Source: Antedon mediterranea (lineage: Eukaryota > Animalia > Echinodermata). From it: a DNA stretch of 64,000 nt. The translations under genes and the position numbers were made by a program. The stretch covers positions 33,725,648 to 33,789,647 of the forward strand of contig NC_092673.1 in assembly GCF_964355755.1 (NCBI RefSeq). Direction: 5' to 3'. Shown here piece by piece: positions 14,701 to 28,600 of the stretch (its first letter is position 1; every line of letters begins with the position of its first letter). The notes beneath the pieces are model-generated. The model was not told where the DNA came from, did not search any database, and saw only the letters and a list, made by a program, of their open reading frames with translations.

Positions 14701-16625
14701 GAATATCACTGATAATTTTTATTCAAAAGCAAATCCATTTTGAAACTGTTTAAATACAGTAATAATCTATCTAATTGGTGAAAACAGCTTTCACAACATA
14801 TATATTAAAATGTATGACATGTAAAACAATTGAATTAGCCATATTTGAGATTGTGCTAAATCACCAATGACGTTAATAAGTATAATTATCTATAATCACA
14901 GAAGGAGAACAGTGAATGAAATGAATAATCGCCAAGGGGATTGACAGTGATAATTACATTTGACGTGCTTTAATAGTAAAAATTGGAGTAATTGCAAACA
15001 GACCACTACAGCAGTGCATAGGGCTATCACTTATGAAATTGAAATATGCTAACTATTCGGAACAAATTTCTGTGACAATATTAATATGAAGAAAAGGAAA
15101 ACAAAACAGTGGAATGGAAAATGTTAATTAAATTTGGAATATATCCAGTAGGCATGTTCTATGGTGGTCCAAAGAGGAGGAGCGCGTTTTTGGAAAGAAA
15201 ATTAAAAAATCTTTACTTTTAAAATTTGAAATGTTTGTTTCAACCATTCCTGAAACTCAACAAAAACTCTCTCAAAACCAGGAATTTCTTATGGACAAGT
15301 CATATATTCTATACCGTACTGCAGTGACTGCAGTAACTGTTTGTTGCAATACAATCATTAATAGGTTAAAAAGTGAAAAATATATAGTTAATGTATTAGA
15401 ATATTCTTCACATGGTCTCTTTAAGTTCTAAAAGTTCTTTCCCATTATTCAAAATGCACATTCATAATTTTCTGGAAAACCACCCGTTTTTACCAGTCCA
15501 AGCTGTGTAACTTAACCACTACAATACAGGTCTATAATAACATCTGTTTACTTAAGAAAACAAGTTGAAGTTTAAAGTTCTGTTTGTATACCTGGATGTT
15601 GTTAAGCTGGACAGAGGAAGGCTAACTGTAGCTTCTGGTAGCCATTGGTAATATATACAATCATTCTGGTCCAATAACATATGTACCTCATTAGGAACCT
15701 CACCAAGTCTCATTAGGCCTAATAGGTCAACCACCTCTGCAATCATAAACAAATAATAAGCGTTAATAATTAATAATAAACAATTAACGTTATTGAATTA
15801 GGCACAAGCCCACCCTCTTTGAACATGAATGCTTGAGGGTGGGCTTATATTTGAATATTAAAATTCCATTGCTGTTGATTGGTTTAAAGTTGAGCATGAG
15901 GGCATAAAAATCAGTCTTCGCAATATGTTATATATTGGTGATTTTTAATATTTTTAAAAGCCTGTACTAAAAAGTTACACACAATCTGGCCATTGGCCAC
16001 AAGTTGTAACACATTTTTGTTTTTTAATACAGAATATAATAATATTACTGGTGTACCATAGTTTACTACTACCATTGTCCTCGTCCTTCCAATAGAACAT
16101 TAAGCCATTGGTCCATGTACAAATGATAACCCACCATCTTAAACATAGAATTTGGTCAAGTTTGGGATGGGCTTATACTTATATCATATTAAATACATTT
16201 TTATTTGGTCTATACAAAGGGTACATGGAAACATTTTTTCCTGTACAGAAAATATTTCAAGATTTCAATTTATTTTTTAAAATTGCATAAGATAATTTTT
16301 TTAAATTGCATAAGATTATTTGATAAGGTAAATAGTTAAAATAATGCAAAAATGGAAGGAAAAAAACAAAAGAGCAATGCTCGTTTTTATGGCTACCCTA
16401 TATGTATTATGTATATAAATGTAATGTAATATTTAATGTATAAATATGTAATGTATTGGCCTTATTATGGCCTGAAAAAAGAATATAAACACAATATGAT
16501 TGACAAAATGATTGACAGTTACTGATTTATAAGTTAAATGTTATTGTTATTTCTGTCCCCCTTGGGTGTTTACAATAATAGTTTACCAATAGGTGTCAAA
16601 GAAGCTGTAAATAACTCATTTCATG

Positions 16626-16686
<61 letters not shown>

Positions 16687-19600
16687 TAAATGAGGTAAAA
16701 GAGTACAGCACAAAGCTCTGTCTACACTATTAAACTGTATGTGATGTGCCCATATATGGACATGTGATATATGATATACCATATTTAAGCATCTCTCTAC
16801 CATATTTGGGCACATCACATCTTTTTTGTCAAACTAGTTTTATACTGTAGACAGAGCTTTAGATCACCAAGTGAAAATAAGTCATCACAAACAAAGAACT
16901 TTTGTTGCAATCTAAAACAGCACATTAAAAATATTGATGAATCGTTTTGTTTTATTACATTACTGGATAACACAGAAGGCAAAGGCCCCTGGTTTAACAC
17001 TCCTAAGGGCCTCCAACGCTGGGTAGTTGCATTGGGGCTACTCAGGCTCTGGGCTCCTTAAGCTCGGGAGCCCACGATAATAATGACTTCCAATTACTGC
17101 TTTATCTATGTTTACTTTAATATCTTTTTTCTATTTTGTATATGTTCATTCATTATTATCTGAATAAATATTATCTGAATGAATGAATGAATGAGTTTGG
17201 ATTAGCCTAATATTTAACCTTTAAATACCGAGATTATACCATTGACATAATCTGTCTGTGTCAAGTGTTTCCTGTTATAAATGGTCGTAGGAATGTAACA
17301 GCATAATACAAGGTGCTTCCAAAAATAAGTTTAAACGTTTGATATTTCTATTATTAAATTAAGGTTCGGAAAGAGGTAAGTTTTCTTGGCTGGCCGCAAT
17401 GGACTTGCCCAGAGAGTCCATACAATGATATTCACTCCTCGATTCCATTCTATAGGAACACATAGCTTCAACGACTACTCAAAACCAGAAAAACTCTTTG
17501 ACCCAATACCACTTGATTTTATGACGGTTCAGGAGATCAGTATGTTATGTTTTTTTTCAAAAGTTATAATACACTTTTATTGAAGATGTATTGTCCCCAA
17601 AAAACATGAAGAATTAAGATTGATAAAATCAGACTGTAAATGAATTTTAGACAATGATTACACTTATTTAATAAAATGATTAAATAAATGGATAAATTTA
17701 ACCAAAACAGAGAATTTGACAATTTTTTGCTTTAAATTAAAGTAAATAATTGTTTTTAATCCCATTTCAGGTCAAAGTAATTAACTATTATGCGAGTTTT
17801 ATTTAACATTAAAATGGCATATTCAACCAAAATAATATTTTAATTATTTTTAGAAGTTTCTAAAATTGAATTTGAAAGCGATGATTCTATTAATCTCTTT
17901 CTTGTTCAAACTTACGGAGTTGTACACCAAGTATGATATTGCATAACTTTGTAGGTGCAAACAGACCCTTACTTATAAATACTAAACATATCCTTCATCA
18001 CAGTAAATAACAGTTTCCACAATCTAAATCTATGTAGGTGTAAACAGACTCTTATTCAAATACTAAGATATCCTTCATCACAGTTAATAAACAATTTTCA
18101 CAATTGAAAACGACGTAGTTGTTAACACACTCTTATTCAATACTAACATATCCTTCATCACAGTTAATAAACAATTTTCACAATTGAAAACAATGTAGTT
18201 GTTAACAGACCATTACTCAAATACCTTTCATCACAGTAAATAATGTACTGTAGTTGTGAACAGACCCTTACTCAAATACTAACATCCTTTCATCACAGTA
18301 AATAATGTACTGTAGTTGTGAACAGACCCTTACTCAAATACTAACATCCTTTCATCACAGTAATTAATAGTTTCCACATTGAAAATCAATGCTAAGTTGC
18401 AATTACAACTCAAATTAATACCAGATAAATACATGTTTTGATTGCCAACCAAGTTCGTTTGTTATGATAAACATTCTCATAGCACAAAATAAACCAACCA
18501 CCCCATGGTCGTCAACGAAAAAAACATCAACATTACACTAATGAAGTATAACCATTATTTTGTATTACAGTAATAACGGGTTAAATGATGTTCCAATTAA
18601 TTGGGTGTTTTAATCGCTATTTTGAAAATGCCATAACTAGTTATTTCAAATTCATTATTCACACAGCTCAGCATAGTCCAATAGAAGCAGGCCCTTAGAC
18701 CTGTAAACCCCAGGTCCAGGTTTTCCCAATTCTACTCCTCATTGGGGGGGGGGGGGGGGGGTAACTTATTCACACACCTATTAACAGAGTAGAAACAGGC
18801 CCTTCCAGGCAGCCAGTCCCAATTATACTCCCAAGGCATTGGGGGTTAACTTATTCACACAGCTCTAGCAGTAGAAGCAGGCCCTTAAACTTGTGAACCC
18901 CAGTCCAGGCTGGTTAGCCTTTATAGGCCTAAAGGTTTCTCACCTTGACTTATGGAAGTCTTTCCAAGACAAAACACCACCAGGAAAGGTTGAGTCATGA
19001 TTGTCAAACAGACTCCATAATCCTCACTTTTCAAAATCCCTCTTGACATTCATTTCAAGTGTTAACACTTCAAACTTTCAACCACATCATGTCTACAGCA
19101 ACGTAATTTGTGGTATACAGTAACAAAACAATTAATTGTAATGACTTATGTAATAGACTAATTGAACTACTTACTAAGATAATACCATCAACATATTATA
19201 ATTTGTAATACGTCAATCCTACGGTTTTTCTAGCACGGATTTCATTTAAAAACGGTTTTTACTGATGGTCTTTACTTCTTTTTTAGCCTTCTTGATTCGA
19301 TCCAACTAAAACCACCTGTTCGACTTGTGGTAACAAAAAAAGGTCCAACATCTTTTCATACAAAAATACAAAAACCAACAGTGGTTTTGGTAGTCTACAC
19401 TATGAGTGCTAGCTTACCTGGATAAACCGACAATAGGAGAAAGCTATTGTCGATTTATCCAGGTAAGCTAGGCACGAAATAGACTAAATGTGTTTTGTGA
19501 AATACCAGATATTGGCAAATAATAATTATACAAATAATGAATGTTTTTGAGTTCAATGGGAATATTGACATGAGTAGACAGACTGTTGAATAGGACATTT

Positions 19601-22600
19601 TAGTTTTTATTCAACTCATGAAAATATTTTTATTTTATTTTATTCAATCGAAACCAACAGCGATAGTTACCGCCACTAACAGGTTTGATACAAACAAAGC
19701 CAGGACAGTTTAAAGCACCTTGATTGGTCCTGACATTGATCAAGGGCTTCTCTCGTCCAGTGCCCACCTTGACCAGAGGTCTGAGGCAGATACTAGATGC
19801 AGGGGCTGCCATAAGAGTCAGCAGTGCTGATTTCAAATGCCTAACGGGACCCCAGCTCCGTATACAGCACCCGCTATTCCTAGATGGTCTCCCATCCAAG
19901 CTCTAACCAGGCCCAACGTTGCTTAACTTCGGTGATCTGACGAGAACCGGTGTTTCAACGTGGTAAAGCCGTTTAACAAATACAAAACATTCGTTCAATC
20001 TACTGTTTTAATAAACTATAATATTCCATTCAACTCTATACTCCACAGATATAACCACCACATAACAAACTATCCATGCCTAATACAGTTCACAACAAGG
20101 TTTGAGTGCAATGGAACCTTCAATCATTGTAATGGAAGGAACTAATGCATGGCATGTAATATAAAATCAACCAATCAAATACCAAAGACATGCTGTTCAA
20201 TATTGAATAAGAATCTCAAATGAGGCCTAAAGGCAATTTACACAGACGAGCAGTAATTGTAAGCGGAAACCACCCGTCCGCTCCGCGTTGTGTGTAAATG
20301 GTCATAAGGAATAGAGTCTATATTTATATTACTGTTACCGATTGTCAGTGTAAATTGGCCTTTACAAAAGCATTGGCTACAGTTAAAATCATGCAGTCTT
20401 TTAGTTCAAAATTTTCTAAAACCAATTTTAATATCCTGGACAATTATAATATTCTTCATTCACTTCATTATCAGTAGATCTCAGCATGAAACATCAACAT
20501 AGTTCAAAAGTAATTCAATATTGCTCCAAACTGACAATGTGAATCATACCAATTATAGAATGATACAAAACAAGTATACATATATAGTGTAAGTCTATAT
20601 TTAGTCATTAGAAATTATAAGTCATAATTTTACTAAAACTACATTGAAATTGATTGAAATGAATGAGGGGAAAAATGTGTTCTTAACACACTATAGCCAA
20701 CCGCTAATGAGCGACACCAAGACCTACAAGAGGATGCTTTCCCGTTTAAATTAAAGGAGGGCAATGTATATGTTTTAACACTATGGTCAACCTCTATTGA
20801 GAGAACACCTCTATTAAGGGGACACTTTCCCATTGAAATGAACGAGACAATATATGTTTTTTAAAACTATGGCCAACCTCTATTGAGGGAACACCCCTAT
20901 TAAGGAGACACGTTCCCATTAAAATAAACAAGGACAAATATATATATAAGTTTTAAAACCATGGCTAAACTTTCAGATGACACTTTTTAAAGGAATGCGA
21001 TGGGTCCAGAAGGTGTCCCCTCAATAGGGGTTCTACTGAATGGCAACCAAACTAAAAAGCTTTCACATATCAAATTTATTCATGAAAAACATATTTAGTT
21101 TTTCCAAATATACATAAAGAATTAATAATAACATTTTTGCATGGATGGAACATTTAAAAATAAACAGTACTGTAAAAAATATTAAATTCATTGTCATAAA
21201 ATAAGACTAAAAATAGGCTTACATAAAAAGAGTTCTTTAACTTGTTTAGTTTAAGCAAAAAAATTACTTTTAGTCATATATATTTTTTCAAGGATACAAA
21301 TTAATAATGATAAAATGTGCGTATGCATTGATAGATTGTATAACAAAATGAATCTCTGATATCAACATGCTTGCTTACAGATGAAAACAATTATACATAT
21401 ATATATACCGAGTTCGAGTCTCGGTTGGGGCGACTTTTTCTCATTCTCACAGATTTCCTCATCTTTATCGTTTCAAATTAATTAATTAAATTTCAGTATA
21501 TCACCGGGCGGTTTAGAATTAATGTTCATTGCCTGATGTGTTTATATACAATTATAAATATATATATATATATACAATTATACATATATATATATATACA
21601 ATTATACATATATATATATACAATTATACATATATATATATACAATTATACATATATATATATACAATTATACATATATTCATCTTATAAAACAGACTCA
21701 AACTGAAAGCAAACTAAAGTTTGTTGCAAAACCAAAATCTGAAAAAGGTCACAAATATATTAACCACTATTGAAAATTCTGGGTACTATTTTTTCAATAG
21801 CTCCTTGGCAAGAAACTAACAATATTATTTATTATTATGATATAGCCAGATGTTTTTTTTCTTATTAAGGACCAGATTAATAGATATAGGTCAAAATTTG
21901 TACACATATAGAAATGCATTGGTGAAAGTGGGTCACAGCAGAGACCAGCATCCCTATATAATAACCATTTCAAGATTGTTTTAATACCTTTAAATCGTTC
22001 GTCGTCGGAACAATTGGCTCAGCTGTACCTTTTAAACATTGTTCACACTGGACTTGAAAACTGTTAAATTTACCACATTGTACATTTGACCACTGTACTG
22101 TAATAGTTTTGCCACAATTTCAACAAAATTTAACTGTAACATTAAAAACAAAAATTGAAACCCGATGAAAGTCGACTCATATATTTACCTTAGTCACTTG
22201 ATTGGATCGGATTAGTCACGGTGGTTAATTTAACCGAGACCATGGTAATTTCTACCGGTACCAGCCAGGTAAAATTAACTGCTGGTATTTAATTTAACCT
22301 ATAGGTGAATTGTATCCAGTGCTGAGATGGGACTTTTCCTGGTTGACAACTAAAGCCTCGATAGCATGCACTGGACAAATACTTTGGTCAAATTAACCGA
22401 TTCGCTTGCTAAAGTTTGATTTTAACATTACAGTTAAATTTTGGTAAAATAACGGTAAAACTAAATGCGGACGACAATCCAATCTTCAGATTACATTGGG
22501 TAAAGCACCATTTTAGTTAAATTTACCATTTTTTCAATGCAAACAAGGCTTTAGTAATAAAAAAAGTCCAGTACGATCAAGAATAGACGTATCATTCACA

Positions 22601-25600
22601 CTACAACCTGAATTCTAGGCCATTATTAATCTGAACAATGCATCACTTTCACTTTATCTTTATATTTTTACCTGACCTACCAAATGTCCTTTATTTAGCT
22701 GTAACGTTCTGTATTAATTTTTGCTTCCGCTGTTTTGCACAACATGAAATTAAATGTCACAAACACTGATGCTACGCTAGCCAAGTTAAACAGGATATTT
22801 AGAGCTAGCTAAGCCAATAGTAATGTATCCCCTTAAACATTAAATGTTTGAACAAATTAATTACCATAGATACAGTAATTTCACTATCATGTTTTTTCTT
22901 AAATTTATTTTTTAGATTTTTTTAAAATTTTTATATAATATTTTGTCTTTTTCATCCCAGTAATACGTCTTCACAAAAATATTTTATATAAAGCCTTGTC
23001 TACACTATCAAACTTTATCTGAAAAAAAAATGTGATGTGAAAAAAAAATGTTTGAACAAATTAATTACCATAGATAATTTCACTATCATGTTTTTTCTTA
23101 TATATATTTTTTAGATTTTTTTAAAATTTTTATATAATATTTTGTCCTTTTCATCCCAGTAATACGTCTTCACAAAAATATTTTATATAAAGCCTTGTCT
23201 ACACTATCTACTATGTGACAAAAAATGTGATGTGCTAGAATATGATAGTAGTATGCCCAAAGATGGTAGTGATATGACATCATCATGTCCATATATCACA
23301 TTACAAGTTTGATAGTGTAGACAGAGCTTAAGTGATGGGATATATTGCTCCTAATACCAGATGCCCCAAAAAACACAAAAAATGAAGATTAATAAAAAAA
23401 ATAAAACCTTGAATAGATCATTTCACAGTATTAATCAAATTCAAAATAATTTTTTCCCTTAAATTCCACCAAAAACAAATTGACTTAAAGTCAATTTGAC
23501 TATTTTTTGCTTTAGTACATTACAGTTACATTTTTTTGTTCCGATCATTGAAATGGCATATTCAACAGAAATATTTTTAAAAATACTTTTTTAGGGGGAC
23601 AATAAATATTGTAAATCATATCCACATCATGTTTTTTCCATTTTTTATACACATTTTGTCTTTTTCATTCAATACATCTTTACCAAAATACTTTAAGTAA
23701 ATATAAGACGATATATTGCTGTTAATACCCGATGTGTTTCCCAAAAGGTTTAGCTGTGGTTTACATAGATACTTTCATACATAGCCCATCACTGCATTTG
23801 TTCCTGTCAAGTTTTGAGACTTCCTGAACGGCAGACAGTAACAAGTGTTATGTTGTAGTATTCTGGTGTTTTACTTTACTTTTTCTTTACCATTTTACTA
23901 CTATAGGAAATGAGTGATAGTAGGATATATTTTAACATTTCAGTATTCAGTAACAGGGCTAAATAATTCAAAGTTTATAAAAATAGGAATTATTATTATT
24001 TAATTATTTTGCTCTGTCGCTAGTGACGATGAAATTACTAAATTACATGATGATGCAGACTTAAAAAAAACAAAAAAACCAATCAAATTTAATTTTTACA
24101 ATGTTGTTAAAATCATTAATATACTAATTAAACCTGACCAATATACTATCATATTACATAGCCTATGTAAATACGCTATCTTATATTTAACCTCTAAGCA
24201 GTCAATATACTATCATATCATATAACAAATAGTTTTTGTAGAAAGAAAACTTCTTTTAAAGAAATTTTGCAGGGAATAGGACTTTCAGTTAAATGTAAAA
24301 TAATTTGTTTTTGTATACAATTTTTTTTAATAATAATAACAAAGTATTCTAATTATTATTTTTGTCTGGTTTTTAGAGGAAAACCTTGGATGTCTATTAA
24401 AGATCTAAATAATTTAAATTAGCATGGACTCATTTCTCAATGCCACACTCTTCCCTAGACTAGTTGTAAATACACTCAATGATGTCACAGGTCACATGGG
24501 AGTCTGTGATATAACAGGGTCATTGACAGTGCATGAAGGAGGCAAACAAACTATACTATTTCAAGGAAATGTTTGATTATCTGACGTCTTTACCAAATTA
24601 AGGCAAAACGAAATATTGTAATAAAAGCTTCAGATATTCTTCAGGGGTGAGAAATTAAGGGTCACATGATCCAGAGCGACCTATATTTGCGACAATCTTG
24701 TTTAGTAAACATCTCCTTATTAGGAGACAATTTATATTTTAATGCAATATCATTAAAATAACTTCATTACTGTATTTACATTTTAAACCTTAAAATATGT
24801 TATGAAAAAATAAGAATGACAAAAAAAAAAGACTCTCCAAAAATGGAACTTGCTACCTTCATGCTCAAATCAAAGACTTTGAACTTGTAGATACTGTACC
24901 ATATTCATCACTGACACTTAGGCTAGAGAACACTTTAAAAAATTAAAAGTTTTTCTAACTAATGTTAAGTGAATATTGCCTAAGGTAAATTCTAAATGAC
25001 TTAAGTGAAATACTTAATATTTTCACTTAACGCATTAACCCTCAATGTTGTATAGTGTTAATGATGGAATAGCAAAATCACTAGAATTAATAATGGAATA
25101 ACTACTGTACTAGAATACCATGTAATAAAGTATTAATTCTTTCCCTACTTGTCACAAAATTGGTGATTAGTTTATTGGAATTAATTGTTATATTGGCATG
25201 GCAATCTCATCGCTAATCATACGTCATAAGTCATAAATAAAGAAAGAAAAATCAACTGAAAATAATTCACTAATTTATTTTATATGAGGGTAACTTGTTT
25301 TAAAGCTATGTCTACACTATCAAACTAGTTTGACAAAAAAACTATGACATGCCCGAATATGGTAGTGATATACCCAAATATGGTAGTGATATGATGAGTG
25401 AGTAATTTTGTTGTCACATAAAGTTTGATAGTTGTAGACAGAGCTTAAAAAGGACAATTTTGTGTATACATTTACATGTTAAAGTAGTACAATTATGGTG
25501 ATTCAACAAATTTCAAATTAAATCAAATCAACTAAATATATTTATAATTAAGTTTATATAACACGTGTTAAGTCAATCTCATAGTGTCCTTTGGGAATAA

Positions 25601-28600
25601 AAAGGGAACGCTGATGATTTTTTCCAATGGGATTTTGCTTGAATACAAGAATGGAATGGGATAATCCTTTGGGATATTCCTAGACACAACTAATAATCAC
25701 AGAAATTAAATTATGATTAACAAAATGACATAAAATCAATATAAATTTAGTGATAATTTATGTTAAATTCGGAAACATTTGTTCCGACGTTGCAAAATTA
25801 TTTTGTTTTACATAACAATTGGGAATAAAGTATTTATTTTTGTCTAATTTAAACCTTCGGGATTTTCCAGAAAATAGTTTCACAAACATATTGGCTCAAA
25901 GTAGCCACAACAATTATCATTGTGATTCAACAAAATGATATAAAATTATTATAAATTCAATAACGACTCGAGTTTATTAGCGAACAAAGTCCCAGTTTTC
26001 AGTCACGTTACGAAGGTTGGACAAACGCCCACAATTCTTGTAGAAGTTTAGATTTACACATTTAAGATTTTGGCAGAAATACAGGAACAGAACTTTGATT
26101 GCGATCAAAAGGAATGATAAGAAACCATAATAAATTTAGTAATAACTTATTATTAAGAGAGAACATATGGAATTGTTTTGTTTTTGGTCACATTTAAGGC
26201 TTGGGAGGATTGCCTTTGTTTTGTCTTTCCTCCTGGGAGTCTACTCGTTATCATTTGGATGAGTATTAATGTAATTTCAAATGACATTTGACAGCAGTTT
26301 ATTTGTTTATTCATTTAAAACATAATACAGAATAGAATTCTATCTTCAATTTGCATTATTTTGTTATTGTATAAATTGCGCATTATTTTGTAATCCCCAG
26401 GAGAGTAGATCGTGTTCAATGATAAAGTCCTAATAAAGTAGAAGCTATCCTTCGGGATATTTCTATTTAGGAGACAACCCTATCATTAAGGGGATAATTT
26501 CCTGTGAAACGAACAAAGAACAATATATATTTTATAGTTAGTTACAGTATATAGTAAGAGTCAGAATTATATAGTAAGAGTCAGAAATACAGTATAGATA
26601 GTAGTGTAGATATTTTCTCAATTAAAAAAAAACTTTTATACGGTATATATTTTGTTTTTTCTTAATTGATAATATATATACAAGAGACAACTACATTTAT
26701 GCGATAATAGATGTTAAAACATTATTAATAAACAATAATTTATAACCATGGGAAAAAACAAAGACAATTACAATTCCATTCCATAGATTTAAAGATTTCA
26801 TTTCGAAAGCAGATGTATAAAATTGAAAGTAACAATGCAATGCGATAATAAATAGATTTTGCGACGATGACAATCAGAATATAAAAACATTGCAAACATT
26901 CCAAGTTCAGATGCCCAGTTGGGTACCATGTTTCATTAAGTATACCTCTCATCTCCAACTAAAATAGCATGCCAAGATTTCAAGTTTTATAATACCAAAA
27001 CAACAAAGAAGGCTCATCACACTAATATTGTAGGACTCTGAAATGACACCCTACCACTCGTCAAGGTTACTGATGAGGTCATCAATGGGTTCTCTGTGTT
27101 CATTATGTAATTACTGTTTTTTGGAAAACTGAAAAGGTACAATGACATATCCAAGAATTTGAAATGAAAGTAGGTACATATATTATTATTTTAAATGATC
27201 ATTTAGCCCCACTAAGGTTAAAGGACAACTCTTGCAAAGCAAGAACAATTTCCAGTAAACACAATTTTTAAATAAATCGTAAAAAATAGAAATTAAGAAT
27301 TTGTTTATTGTTTCTTTTTCCTATCTGGCTATTGAAGTGTTTCTTCAAACAAATTTAAGCCTATTACAGGCCAAATTAGCAATTGAAGTGACGGTACCTC
27401 TTGTATGTTAACAATGTGAAAACACAGGAGGTAGATTTTGCTAAGACAACAATTTACAGCGACGACTGTACGGCGAGCGCACGCGGCAAAATCGTATATA
27501 TCTCACAATTGCTCTGAAATCATGGAGTGTACATCCCTAAAACAATGTCTATATGTAAATATTGTAGTCTTTTTAAATGGAAAGGGAAAGGGGAAGATTT
27601 TGTGAGAGAGGATGCGAGAGGCTGAGCGGTTAAGGCAGGGGCGCCGTTTACCGTACCTAAAGAGCCAACAACATCGGCAAGGGTTCGAGGCCGACTCGCT
27701 CCTAGTTCTGGTGGTGGAACAAGTCTTCTCGGATAAGGACTATAAACCGTAGGTCCAGTGTACATTATAACCTGTGTGCACTTTAAAGAACCCAGTTCAT
27801 TATTCGAAAAGAGTAGGGGGTTACCCCCGATGAACTGGTTCACAAAATAGCCCCTGTATCAGGGGGATTACCACCTATCTGATAGGACAGTGATTAATTC
27901 ACTATTGTGAATCCTTGGCCACATTGCCAAAAGACATAAAATAAAATAAAATAAAATAAAAATAAAAATCTTATCACCCCTAGTGCACTCTGATGAGACC
28001 ATGTACTCCATGCATACAGTAGACTAAGCTAGTATGGGTTCTAGGACACCTACCCCCTAGACAGTTACCCCCCGGATGTTTACCACCCGGACAACTACCC
28101 CCTTAGGACAACTACCCCCCGGACAACTACCCCCCGGACAACTACCCCCTTAGGACAACTACCCCCTTAGGATAACAACCCCCGGACAACTACCCCCCGG
28201 ACAACCACCCCCTTAGGACAACTACCCCCTTAGGATAACTACCCCCCGGGTAACTACCCCCCGGGTAACTACCCCCCGGTCAACTACCCCCCGGTCAACT
28301 ACCCCCCCCCCCCCCATCCAAAAGTAGACAAATATATAGGACCGGTTTCTGTAAAAATGAAATCATCTGTTTTTAACGGGTGTTTCGAAACTAGAGATCC
28401 GAGACCAGAGACCTGAAACGAGACCCAATACGAAAAGGGAGACCTATATTTGGGTCTCCCTTTTCGTATATTAGGGTCTCCCTTTTCGTATAGTGTGGTC
28501 TCTCTTTTCGTATAGTGGGGTCTCCCTTTTCTTATAGTGGGTCTCCCTTTTCTTATAGTGGGTCTCCCTTTTCGTATATTTGGGCCTCCCATTTTGTATA

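Noticed and set aside
19862-19975. Functional 5S rRNA gene
   Set aside because: It has substitutions in conserved positions, no oligo-T terminator, and runs into a SINE body and A-rich tail. The same applies to the 7820-7912 copy.
27610-27703. tRNA gene (also 55783-55868)
   Set aside because: A and B boxes are present but there is no clean cloverleaf or anticodon arm, and the sequence is fused to a SINE core.
28299-28592. ORF with IRKGRPT repeats
   Set aside because: It is a translation of the 21-bp internal repeats of a MITE.
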